This document shows positions 24,776-37,100 of a stretch of 64,000 nt of DNA, piece by piece. The notes under the pieces are model-generated. The model had not been told where the DNA came from, searched no databases, and saw nothing but the letters and a program-made list of their open reading frames with translations. How positions within the stretch are numbered: the stretch's first letter is position 1; each line of letters opens with the position of its first letter. This DNA is from Botryllus schlosseri (lineage: Eukaryota): positions 31,312,001 to 31,376,000 of the forward strand of contig CM119372.1 of the NCBI GenBank assembly GCA_051294905.1. The letters are read 5' to 3'. A program made the position numbers and the translations under genes.

Positions 24776-26039
24776 CGGGGGTTCTCAACCCCCGGCCGCA
24801 GACGTATATTTTGCGGCCCGCGACATCTTTCATTATAAACGCAATTACAAATGACACGGTATTGTTACAAATTAATTTGGATACTTAGCTCTTTTATCGC
24901 ACCGTCTCTGTTTCGTTTGATTACTCATTCTCGAAGGCAGTGGTTTTCAAACTGGGGGCGCGCCCCCTTTGGGGCGTGAAACCATCTGACGGGGGCGCGA
25001 AGCTGCGGTCAACTGAAAAAAATTCGCGCTGCACGTTGCCCGCAATGCATCCCCAATTCATAGTTATTTCTCTGTGTATCGTCCGAATTTCGTATTCTCT
25101 AATCAACGGCCATAACCTTCCATGCCATCAAACTAGCCGTTTGTGTTGCTAGCATTCTGGTTGCATTTTGTTATATGAAGATAAGGGGGCACGAATTTTT
25201 TTCCATATCAAAAAAGGCTGGGGGGGGGGGGGACGTGTGTAAAAAAGTTTGAGTTGTGTTCTCGTTTCTTGATATATGCTCTACTTCAGATTGTTGCTCG
25301 GCTGGACTCTGGTTCAAGAGAATTCCGCTACGTAGTAGTGTTTGACTCGCTGCAAACGGTTGTTGAGATTGCCGACGACGTTTCAGACGCATCGTTTAAA
25401 ATTGCTTCGAGTATCGCTATACCCAAGAAATCTGATATGGAAGGTGTGATTTCAATAAAACCGTAACATACTTTGCGAATATTTGCGAATACCAGCGAAA
25501 AATATCAACTTGACAAAGCTGACTTCTGTAACTATTGGTGCAGGGCTCCAGGCATGGACGGAAAGGAGAAGGGTTGATTGGTTTGCTCAGAAATAACCCC
25601 AAACATCAGACTTGTTCTCATATCACACAGAGCTCAATGTGATAATGGCCTCCGTAACGCAAAAGTTATCGTCCTTTTATACATGCTCGCCCACGCATTG
25701 GAACAGAGAGTTCGGCTCTCTGGTGGAAGGATTTGAAGTTGCATATATCGACTTGGCAACGAATGTAATGCACGCTCCATGAAGGGATGTACATGCCCCG
25801 TTAGAAGATACATATTCTCACAATCAGCAGCTGCAAACTTCAAAACGCTGTCCAGTGTCCATTAATGCGTTATAATGAATATAAAAATGTCTAAATGCCC
25901 GCATACGACTGGATAATAGGCTACAATAACCTAAATTTAATAGTAGCCCATGAATACAATAGGTAATATTGTTTGCGGCCCGCAGCGTCTTTTGCTGTTA
26001 AAATGCGGCCCGTTATACAAGGGAAGTTGAGAACCCCTG
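24776..26039. mobile_element. hAT-type element containing a truncated second MITE from 24938
   Basis: GGGGTTCTCAAC / GTTGAGAACCCCTG; perfect TSD GTATACTA. Confidence 0.8.
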
Positions 26040-26281
26040 GTATACTATAAACCAGACCTGGACAAAGTGCGGCCCGCGGGCCAAATGCGGCCCGCGGTGC
26101 TATTTTGTGCGGCCCGCGAAGAGTTGCTTGGAATTCAAAACATAAAACCTAAAACCCTATAGGTAACTCCCATGTGTAATCCAGATTAAAAATGAAGTCA
26201 GTGTGGCAAATTATCCCGTAACAGTTAAAGTCAAAAGAATTCACCAAACCTTTGTTGGCATTGTCACATTACGCATTACAC

Positions 26282-27650
26282 CAGGGGTGGGCAATTATTT
26301 TCCTCCGCGGGCCAAATGAGAAAAATAAATACGTTGGCGGGCCGAGTGAAAAAATTTAGCTTTATTCTCCTGCGTATTTTAATTTTATTTCTAAATTACA
26401 TTGCTAATAAATGCTGCTCAATGAATCAGTTGATATTAGGTAATGAGAAAGTATATATATATTCTATAGAGAAAGTGTCGGTTAAGTAAAAAAATATCTA
26501 TTAGCTGTCATGATTCGAAACAATGTTAAACATGATACATTTTAGCTCTCTTTAAACCCCTATCGACATTCTTCTATTAAGACTCTAAAAGAGTGAGTCT
26601 CGAACAATTTCGTGGCCCCCTTATCATGGTATAACAAAATATTTAAAAGTGCAACCAGAATGCTAGCAATCCCAACGGGTAGTTTGATGGCGTGGAAGAT
26701 TATGGTTGTTGATGAGAAAATTGTGAAATATCAAAGTCGGACAGTACACAGATCAACAACTACAAGCCGGAGTATATCGCGCGTAGCGCGAAAAAAAATT
26801 ACCAATAAACTTCGGCTTCGCGCCACCCTTCTGATGCTTTCACGTCTCCCAGTTCGAGAACCACTGCACTGAAATGAATATGCAATAGTACAAAGCGTAT
26901 TTTCTTGGTCACTGCCTTCCGAGCACTGCCTTTCGAGCAGTTTGCAGGTTAAATAGCCTTCATCTTGAGCGAATCTTACAGTTTTTCTGAACTTCGACCT
27001 TCCTCGACTGAGTGTTTCGTGCTTTTAATACCGACGTTAATTAAAATCCTTAATCTCGGCGACATGATCGGCAAAAACTGAAGGGATGGCTGTACCGCTG
27101 ACTCCAGTATGCGAATATTTAGTACTCTAAATTGTAATCCAAAACCTTCTTTTAATTTCAGTTTTCGGTTTTCTTTCTTTTTTGGCATGCCCGTTATTTC
27201 TTTATGGGTAATTGATATAATGAGTTATGTAGTAATCGTAAGGGCTGATTGACTTGTTTTACGAATTAGGGATTTGAAAACATATCACGTCACAAATTGA
27301 AACACATATCGTATGATGCGTATTGTGACAATGTCAACAAGGCAGGTTTGAACTAAACTACATGGAGAAAGAGTGATTTCTTGTGACTTCACTTGCTACT
27401 AATACTTTGCCACATTGCCTTTATTTGGAATCTTGATTACGCATGCCAGGTACGTAGGCACCGTAATCGTGGCATATTAATGAGCAGGCTTCAAAGTAAA
27501 CGAATTTCCTGTTCATTTGGTACAGCCTATGGTTTTAGTCGTTCAAAAAGCAAGTTTTATGTTTTGAATTCCCAAGCAACCTTTCGCGGGCCGCACAGAA
27601 TAGCTTCGCGGGCCGCATTTGGCCCGCGGACCGCACTTTGCCCAGGTCTG
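26282..27650 (-). mobile_element. Same-family hAT-type copy inserted in opposite orientation
   Basis: Ends are reverse complements of the outer copy ends; perfect TSD CATTACAC. Confidence 0.8.
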
Positions 27651-27733
27651 CATTACACCAATGGTTCTCAAACTGGGGCGGGGACGTAAAGCAACTGAAG
27701 CGGGACGATTTACCTTTGATTTATAGTTATTAC

Positions 27734-27766
27734 TAGGGCAAGTAACTGCTAGAAAAACTTGCCCTA
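27734..27766. mobile_element. 33-bp miniature hAT-type element
   Basis: 10-bp TIR TAGGGCAAGT / ACTTGCCCTA; perfect TSD GTTATTAC; similar TIR bounds 38324-38924. Confidence 0.75.
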
Positions 27767-28888
27767 GTTATTACTCAGTGTATAGTCGTTTTTCGTATTT
27801 GAGAATTCTCTCATCAAAAGTCATAACATTCCATGCCGACCAACTATCCGTTGGGATTGCCAGCATTCTGATTGCATTTTGTGATATGACGATAAGGGGG
27901 CGACGGAATTTTTCACTATCATAAAGGGGTGCGTGTCTAAAAAAGTTTCAGAACTACTTCCCTACACGGTGTGTGCTTCAAATTGTTACGTCATACCATT
28001 CCAAATCCGACATTTGTAAAAAGTCAATCGGTGCCCGTGATTATTATAAGTCATCAGCGCCCATAAAGAGTGAACGGACATGTCAAAAAAGAAAGCCGAA
28101 ACCTGAAATTCAAAGTTTAATGAAGTCAAGGGTAAACCGGTCATTTTAGTATAGTTATTGACGATCAGGTCGCATTGTTTAAGGAGTATAATTTAAGTCG
28201 ATCTTCTGACAAAAATACGAAGACGTAGGCCTACACTCGGTAAAGGGAGGGCTAATTTCAGAATAACTGCAAGCTTCGCTCCACAAGCCAAGCTCTACAG
28301 TGTCAGGTAGGCAGCGACCAATTAAAGACAATAAGCTGTGTAATATCACAAAATATTTTAATGTCTTGATAGAATAACGCGGATAGGGATTTAAACAGAG
28401 TTCAAAAGGTATCACCGGGGCCTACGATAACTTAAGTTATCGTAGTTAAGTTATCGTAGGCCCCGGTATCACGTTTAACATTGTTTCGAAATGTGACGGC
28501 AGATAACGTTATCTTTTGGTAATCAACCGTCGCTTTCACATTCCCTATTATCAACACATCCATCCACTGATCCGTTTTAATCAAGAGTGTAATTCACTGC
28601 TTTCAATTTAGAAATAAAATTGATGCGCTGAAGAACATAGGTAATATACTTTTTGACTCGGCCCGCAAACGTATATTCCGCTTCTCATTTGGCCCGTGGA
28701 CAAAAGTAATTGCCCACCCCTGCTATAAACAATCAGCCCAGCCCAATAATTATAATTGTCGGGCCATAAGTAGCCTAGTGGGCTATATTGCGAAGCGTCG
28801 ACGTGAAAGCCGACACGTAGTTCCATCAACAAGCAACATAGCATTTAATGTGTTCACCGCAAGAAGTTTATTGAATCTTTTCGTAGGT

Positions 28889-29947
28889 ATGGCTATTTGC
28901 GGTACGTCAAGGTCACATGATGAGGCGGCTTTGGAGTTCGCAGATTGTTACCACAAAGAATCGGAGGTACTCGGTCTTGGCTCTTTCTCGGTTGTAAAAA
29001 TATTCACCGAAAAGTCGTCGGGGAATGAATGCGCCGTAAAAATCGTCAAGAAAGCGTACCTAAAACCAGACGAAATAAGACTGCTAGAACAGGAAAGTAA
29101 TATACTGAGCAAGCTGAAACACCGGAATGTCGTTAAATTTAAAGACAGCTTCTCTAATCCGCAGTTTTATTATCTCGTAATGGAACTGCTGACAGGAGGC
29201 GGTCTATATCAATACGTCACGACCAAAAAACGTACATCGCACTGCGAGGAAAACGTTGTGTGGTACATGCGCGACATACTGAACGGACTGCACTATTGCC
29301 ACGGGATGAACATCATTCACAGGGACTTGAAACCTATGAACTTGTGTGTAGCTTTTGACCTCGGACGTGAAGTTGTGAAGTTGATAGACTTCGGCGTGGC
29401 GGTTGACACGAAGGGAAGATCTCGATATCGGCATGGAATTGTCGGCACGCTCGGTTATAGAGCCCCGGAAATGATTAATGACGAGAAGTACGGAACTGCA
29501 GTCGACCTATACGGCTGCGGATGCGTCCTTTATAATCTACTTATCGGCTGCCACCCGGGCAGCGGCGAAATATCGTTGCCTTCCCCACACCGTGGGCTTA
29601 TCTCAAATCCGGCGGTGGATTTACTGGCAAAACTATTGAATCCTTATCAAGACAAACGGATTACGGCCGCGCAAGCTTTGAATCATTCGTTTTGTAGTCT
29701 GCGCGAACGCGGGGCACTGAACAAACATCTTGACATAGCCGTGGAGAGATTGACAGAATTCACGCAAAAGAAGATGTGGAAAACAGCGGCAGCCGTCGGG
29801 GTTATTACCAGCGTGGCGATGGCGCCGATTGTCGGAGCGGCAATGGGAACTTCGCTACGTTTGGAGCCGCTCAGCTCATCTAAGAAGACAGTCACGTTTT
29901 CAAATCCCACGACTCGTAAATCCAGCGATGTAAGATCTCGTTATTGA
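28889..29947 (+). CDS. Intronless CaMK-group Ser/Thr kinase (CaMKII/CASK-like, divergent), 352 aa
   Basis: GLGSFSVV, AVKIV, HRDLKPMN, DFG, GTLGYRAPE and KRITAAQAL motifs, then a regulatory-like segment; first in-frame ATG at 28889. Confidence 0.9.
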   Translation: MAICGTSRSHDEAALEFADCYHKESEVLGLGSFSVVKIFTEKSSGNECAVKIVKKAYLKPDEIRLLEQESNILSKLKHRNVVKFKDSFSNPQFYYLVMELLTGGGLYQYVTTKKRTSHCEENVVWYMRDILNGLHYCHGMNIIHRDLKPMNLCVAFDLGREVVKLIDFGVAVDTKGRSRYRHGIVGTLGYRAPEMINDEKYGTAVDLYGCGCVLYNLLIGCHPGSGEISLPSPHRGLISNPAVDLLAKLLNPYQDKRITAAQALNHSFCSLRERGALNKHLDIAVERLTEFTQKKMWKTAAAVGVITSVAMAPIVGAAMGTSLRLEPLSSSKKTVTFSNPTTRKSSDVRSRY

Positions 29948-31004
29948 ATAAGGAAAAGCGATGTGTAGGGTTTATCAATTGGATCGCAAGACAAATGTAT
30001 CCCATTGTCGATACCCACGAAGCGAGTTGAAAATAGTTGGAATCGGAGTTTCACGTTGCCGAAGTAAAGTACTCGTGCTGAATAAATATATTGCATTCGA
30101 CAAGATAAGTAGAGCATTCCTGTGTCTTTGAAACCAATAGTCTTGGGTGCCGGTTCCGAACGATTGTATTGCCGTTATATTTGATACAGAAAGGTTCCGA
30201 GCAATGTTATTACTTATTATAATAATTCTGTCTGGCAAAACGAGGGTGAAGCCAAGAAGAAACAGACAGACAGTATTGTAGCGTCACTATGCCAAACTCG
30301 ATCACAATGCAAAATTCGAGGCTGATTTTGGGGAGTTCCGGGACAATGAGCAGAATATAATTTATATTTTCGAGGTCAGTACAGCAGCAGCTTTCCATTG
30401 ATACCCGTTTCATCAGATGTAGCGCTTGGTAAGCCGTTCAAAAATGGCCGTAAAGTTGCCTTCAGTCAAATGTAAAGTATGACGTAACCCAAATGCAGTA
30501 AGCCGTTCAATCTCGCTGCGGCCACGCCATATAGGACACTATGGTGAAACGTTAATGCGAACACGATTCGCGAGTTCAATTTAAAATTTCCAACCCTGTA
30601 GTGTCACCTTCTCCTAAATTTTACAATAGTCTTGCGCAAGGGCGTAGCCAGGAAAAATATTTGGGGGGGGGGGGCGAAAAATTCGATGACGTAAATGAGC
30701 CCCTCCCCTTACAGATAAGGAAAAAATAGGTTAAAGACGATGGTCTTGGGCCCTTATTGGATGAATAACACAGCATATGGGACAAATATTCCACCCATAC
30801 ATAAAGTGATGCGATAATATAATGATTGTTGAAAACACGTCAACACTTTTCATTTTTCATGGTTAATGAATGAAATTGGTTCATTATATTGTTACTTGCA
30901 AATTGCAAATACGTTTACCGGTAGAGCTGATAGAAGTGGTGTCATTGAGCATTCAAGGGGCACACTTGAACTATGTTTATACCATACAGCAAGACCATTT
31001 AGAG

Positions 31005-31788
31005 CAGTGGTTCTCAACCGACAGAACGCAAATCATTTTCAAGGGGTCCGCGAAACCTTCAAATTTGCAAAATGGTTCATAACCTAATTTTTAGTTTGTT
31101 TTAAATTAGAGAAATCACGAAGCACTTTCGCTTCATAACTGCTAAAACTTCAGGACTCACATAAACATAGAATGGTCGTCTGAGATGAAATATTCCACTG
31201 TGCAAGTCATTTTAATTGCCTAATTATCAAAGCCCACTCACACTAACATATTGCTGTTCAGGGATGTTTTGTTGGGGTTTTGGAAAAAATGTTTGCAGAG
31301 ATCCATTTTCTCCTATGACATACACGACCACTATTCCAGAATACCTTCACGATGAGCTGTTAAATAGAAATGACTTGGCTGGAGGTTATATTGGTCCATG
31401 TATGTTGCCATCATCGCCGCAAAGGTGTCGTCGGAAGCGTTACATTCGCCACCTCATATGTTTGTGGAAATGGATTTTCGGCACTCGTTCATATCAAATC
31501 GACGACGTGGATTTTCAAGACATGGCCCTGTATTTCAAGAAATGCAGCTACGGAATTCGCTTTGAAATAATAAAAAGTCATCCAAATTTCTACATAAATA
31601 GTGTGATGTTATTTTCAAGAAATGTCATTTTACTGTTTTTATCACTAGCCTATACAGTTAATAATTGCACAGGGCAGATGAAGGTTGCATGACAATAGAG
31701 GCAAATTTGAAATAATAATTGGGGGTCCGCGGGATTACGTGAAGGTCCAAAGGGGGTCCGCGAAGACAAAAAATGTTGATAACCAATG
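31005..31788 (+). mobile_element. hAT-type element nested in family A copy 2
   Basis: CAGTGGTTCTCAAC TIR; TSD ATTTAGAG; homologous to 55537-56409. Confidence 0.8.
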
Positions 31789-32224
31789 ATTTAGAGTTTC
31801 TATAGGGTTCGCGCCGGACGGGAAAGTTGTCATTTATTGTTGTTACTTCAGGACTTGAGGAGAAAGCTGTCACCACTCAAGAGATCACTCATATTTAAGG
31901 TCGTAGCCAGAATTACAGTTTTTTATTGGTGGAGGAGGGGAGGATTTTTTATGAGTTTAGGGGAGCTCCCCCGTGGGAACACCTCGCAGAACCGTACATC
32001 CTGCCATTGACAATTTCGTCACTATCCTTTATCCATACCCCCATACACACATACCCTATGGAAGCTTCCAGTTGCCAACTATAGCTTTGTAGGCGATCGT
32101 GTCATGGACGAGCCCAAATCGCTGACATTAAGTGATAAACAATCAGTGTGAATTTCGGACCTAGTCGCACGGAGCGTGGAATGTTTTTGAATAAATTAAA
32201 TAACTTGATGAATAATATTGGTGC

Positions 32225-32571
32225 CAGTGGTGGCATTTTGGGTGGGCGAGGTGGGCGGTCGCCCGGGGCCCCCTTGGTCGAAGGGCCCCCCTCTTTGGTT
32301 TTAGCGCTTTTTTCAAGGTTTGTAGCGAATAGACGTGGAAATCCTTGTACCAATCAAGAAGATGATTGCGTTCAGATGAGTCAATCATCAAATCTCTGCA
32401 TTTACTATAAAAGTCCCATAACACGACAATCATGAAGTGTCTGCATGCCTGTTAAGTTGGTAGGCGAAAGGGGGGTCTGGGGGGCAAAGGCCCCCAGAAG
32501 CTGGGATTACATACTTATAGGGGGCCCGGAAGTCTCGCCATGGGCTCCCCCCAATCGTAGGGCCACCACTG
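32225..32571. mobile_element. GC-rich hAT-type MITE nested in family A copy 2
   Basis: CAGTGGTGGC / GCCACCACTG; TSD ATTGGTGC / ATGGGTGC; empty site at ~3797 in copy 1. Confidence 0.8.
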
Positions 32572-34135
32572 ATGGGTGCGTGTATCTGAGCTAGTGGATT
32601 CCGGTCTTATTAATTACTTCGTTGAAGCACGGTTATTTAGCAACCTCTGGTAAAGATTGACGCTATACTTTGAAGATTGGAATTGCTGATACATATCAGA
32701 CCAAATTAAAAAACTCCTTTGATCAGACTCGTGCGATTCCAAATTAGCACTTTTTAACGGGAGGTGTTCCAGTCGCATTAATTTCGGAGGGATCTTACTG
32801 ACCTGACACCCCTAGACTCAATCAACTCAACGACCTCGGACAATACTCCCGTGTATGTATTGGTACTGTTGTATTCTCATGCAGCTAAATTCAATTATGC
32901 GCATTTGTGGAATAATTTTTTTCGGGTTACCGATAATAAAATCTAAAATCCAGACGTGTATGGACACTAAATCACGCGAAGCGCGAAAAAATATTTTAGG
33001 TTGCATTCATCTGCCCCAAAATACTGTCATACTTATTGATTTTACGAAAAGTTGCCAAAAATTTGGGGGGAGCGATCGCCCCTCTCTGGCTACGCCAGTG
33101 GTCTTGCGTAAACCATAAGGAAAGAAACAATACGAAAACAATACTCATAATGTTAAAACGTGATAAAATGCATCAATTTATAATCAGGTTGAACCTCTAG
33201 TAAAATGACGAAACGCATGTGCATAATGTGCAATTATTAAAGAGCCGCAATTAAATGCTGAAAGAGCTGCAGTTTGCCCACCCCTGCTGTATATGCATGT
33301 ATGTCTTGCAACACAAGCAGTTTATACCTCCGGTAACGGGCAGTATTAAATTGCAATCGACGCGATGGATCAATTGGAACATGAGACTGGATTCCTTTCT
33401 GATTTTTTTTAAATCAGGTAGCCTTCTATGCCTCCTGTATTGAATGATGTGCTACCTCGTATCTAGTTTTCAGCGCTCCTCAGTGACAGGCGAGTATCGC
33501 AACGACAATTTTAGCTCATAAAATAACGATTGTATGTATAATTTCGGCTCTCGAAATTACGGGCTATCATGCTCAACTGGAATCATCACAATCGATGCTC
33601 GATTTGGATTCTAATATGCCCATTGCCCATCCTTACATATAGCTGGTCTTAAACGAGTTATAGTGTAGGTTATTTTTATGTACTGATTGCGTGGAGAATT
33701 GTGACGTAAGTAGACCGTGAACCCGATGCTACAGTCCTATGCAGAAAATACATTCCTATTACGAAATCAATGAAAAATATGACCCTTCATTTCTCTAATT
33801 GCTGGACAAGCGTCCAAATTCTTTGCTAATTTGCAATTCACGTATAAAATTGTAGACGTACCGGCAAGAAACTCAACTCGTATCGGCAACGGTCCGACGA
33901 CCAGCGATTGAGAGCCACTGATGTATATGGATTCCAATTTCATTGACGCTTCTCAATCCGTCTTAGAAATTATCTGATTACAATGAGTTGACCTCATTCA
34001 CGCTCAACATGATATTGAATGCGGCATTTATTCAATTACATATATTTTACATACACCATAAGAAACAACGAGCATTGGAAAATATACATATGAACTGAAT
34101 CGCTCCTGAATATTAAATTTCGCAGTGTGTCTCTG

Positions 34136-37100
34136 TTAGAGAGCGGTCGACACCACTTCTTTCTCTTCCGTAACCTCGCTGTAAACAGTTGAACTTTCGA
34201 TGGGCATTCTGAATCGGTAACGAGAAAATTTAACATTAATTCAGATGAGGCTCTTACATGTGCGCTGGTTCAAAAAAGGCATGAATTGTCAACGCAAAAT
34301 ATTCACGAATATGAGTAGGTAGCTATATAATAGAAACTGTGCTTTCAGACGTGAGCTAAATGTACTTGTTTTGCCCTAGCTATATTTATTGAAGGACATG
34401 AAAAGTACTGACATATGGCATATATTCATTGATCATTTGGTCATAATACTTCAAGAAAGCAAAATAAATATTATCGTGATTAATCGTGATCACCTTCTAT
34501 ACAATAATAATCGTCTACTGTGAGATTGTGTTGCAATCATAGCCGTTATATGGCATTTCGCGATCGATTACATTGATTCAGTAATCGGCACATGTCTGGT
34601 CTGTAGTCATGGATACAAGATTCATAATTTCATAGTTCAAATTTCATAGGAATGATTCATTCAGTCGCATAACGTGTAAAGGAAGTCAAACCACCGATAC
34701 AAAACGTTATGGTTACCCATTTTGAATAAGGTATATCCAGAGGTGGTCAGTAACGAAGTACTTCTACCTTTTGGAAGTACTCAAGTAGTTTTCCTCTATT
34801 TCTATTACTTACTCAAGTGGATCTGATTTCTCTACTTCTACTTCGTAATATTTTTTGATCTACTTACTTACTTTTCGCTATTTTCAGTTTGTCAAGTAGA
34901 AGTCGTTTAATCCCCCAAAACGAAAGATAGCCTGAGGAATTTCGGGGCTGTTTTCACGGAGTTCCAACATTTAATATTCATAAAAGTGAAGTAAAGCCCA
35001 GAAATTTTGTTGCGCTTCGCGCACAGTAGTTATGGAGTGACAATATGTTTTCAAGAAAGTATCAGTGAATATAATTTTAGGTACCGGATTGCTTGGTTCC
35101 GCTCACATCGCATTATCGCCCATATCAAATATTTCATCACAGTAAATATGGCCCACCATAACGTTTGAAGCTACCGTTCGCAATCTAGCAATTACCTATC
35201 ATATAGTAATCTAGCAGCCCATGACGTGTCCTGCTAATCTGGAAAATCCGGCTTTTTTGAAAGCTACAACAGTTTTAGCAGATCACCTTAGAAGCTTTAT
35301 GGACAAAAGACATGCAATATATTTTCCGCTTTTTAGAAGTGGTATTCTATTTGTATTTCACTTTCAATTCTGAGTAACATACTTCGAGTTCTAATTACTA
35401 TCAGTTCTTTTGTCTGCAGTACATACATGAATAAGCATAAGCGCAAGTGTAGTAATGCCTCTATTTTCCGAAAATAAAGCTACACTAAATTAGGGTTACC
35501 ATATTTTTGTTTAGCAAATTCCGGACACTCTTTAGCGCACACTAGCGGATTTTAAAATGAGGTGTCACACATTGACCGTCAATATGACGTCACTCTAGCA
35601 AAGCATTGCCCATCGACTGTATACACTATACAGGAATGAAGTGGAACATAGGGCATGAATTGGGCCATCTGTAATGTGAGCTTTGCTGATTGCTACTTGC
35701 TAGGGTTTGCAATAGATTCCTCCACGGGCCGGATGAAATCATCTGGCGGGCCATGTCTGGCCTGTCAGGATTGTGTTTGACAGCCCTGCTATACTGTTAG
35801 GCCGGTGCGGCTATCTGTTTATGTGTTTTAATCAGGTCCGAAACAATATTTTTTCTCCCCCCCTTCCGCCCAAAAAAGCACTGATCTTGGGCCCACCATA
35901 GGGTAGTCGATGTAACTTGTTGGGCACTTACTATATGCAATTGGCTATTAAAATTTATGTATGAATTCTGTCAATAATATTGATTCTTCGATTTATTAGG
36001 CTAGTATTACGTGCACCAGCCGGTTGCCCATCCGGTGATTTCTAACCTTTTATGGTCGCGACCTCATTTCCCACTTGAAAATGTTCTGTGGCAAAGCTCA
36101 AAACTTGATAAGCTGATTACTAAAAAAATTCAGCTTGGCCGTACTTACTCACGGCCTAGGAAGCTGATTACGTCCAACATCATCACGATCCCCAGATAAA
36201 GGCGGACGACCCCAAGATTTGGAACCACTGGCTGTGATTGAAGCATCCAATCGGCCTTAACCCACTCTAGGAATATACCGTTAGCTTATAATTGCGATTA
36301 AAATCAGACTTATTTCAGTAAATGATGGTTATTTATATTTATTTTGATTGCATTTTTTGGCGAGGGTGGTGCCTGGTGCCCATACTAATATCATTATATG
36401 TTGCATTAACTCGCGCGCAGCGTGAAGATCAGTTTTGAATAGCATAAATCTGCTTGAAGATAACATTGTTTATGTTGATTTACGAACAACTTTTGAGCCT
36501 GCTTCCAGCCTTCAAAATTCCGGACATTTAGGCATATTTCAGAAATTCCTCCCGGACGCAGATTTTTCAGTGAAATTCCGGACATGTCCGGGAAATTCCG
36601 GACGTATGGCAACCCTACACTAAATATAACTTTTACGATCCACAATATTTGTTATTAACGTATACTGATCGCGCAAAGTGATGAAACCGTATCCGATACA
36701 ACTTTTACGTATTGCTCTTCGCCGAAGCTTGGGGCCTTATAATATGGTGTTGGGCGCCATATGCCATGATATTTTCTAAAACGGGGTCTTCTAGTAAACA
36801 AAGGGTTAGTATTGCATATTCATATCAATACTATAATTTGCATCCCATGATGCGAAAGAATGCTTATTCTTCCGAAAATTGATACCTCCTGGGATGCATC
36901 AATACGAATCAAGCTCTCTGCACCCTCCGCATAGCTCAATTTGCAGCTTTTGACAGTGCATGCGAACGAATTAAGACTACTTACTTACTTGAGTAGATTT
37001 AAAGTCAGTCAATTCTACTTTTACTTCAAGTAGTTTTAGGTCGCTTATGGAAAAAGTACTTCTACTCGTACTTGAGTAGATTTTTGTCGCTACTTTTTAC

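Larger units (their letters stand above)
26053..28722 (+). mobile_element. hAT-type element (outer copy) hosting an inverted same-family copy and further inserts
   Basis: Ends CAGACCTGGACAA / TTGCCCACCCCTG; perfect TSD CTATAAAC. Confidence 0.8.
30637..33100 (+). mobile_element. Family A copy 2 with different nested insertions
   Basis: CAAGGGCGTAGCCAG / CTGGCTACGCCAGTG; perfect TSD GTCTTGCG. Confidence 0.85.

Noticed and set aside
28778..28888. N-terminal extension of the kinase in the ORF track
   Set aside because: Begins at GTG; first ATG is 28889 and an acceptor-like site precedes it.
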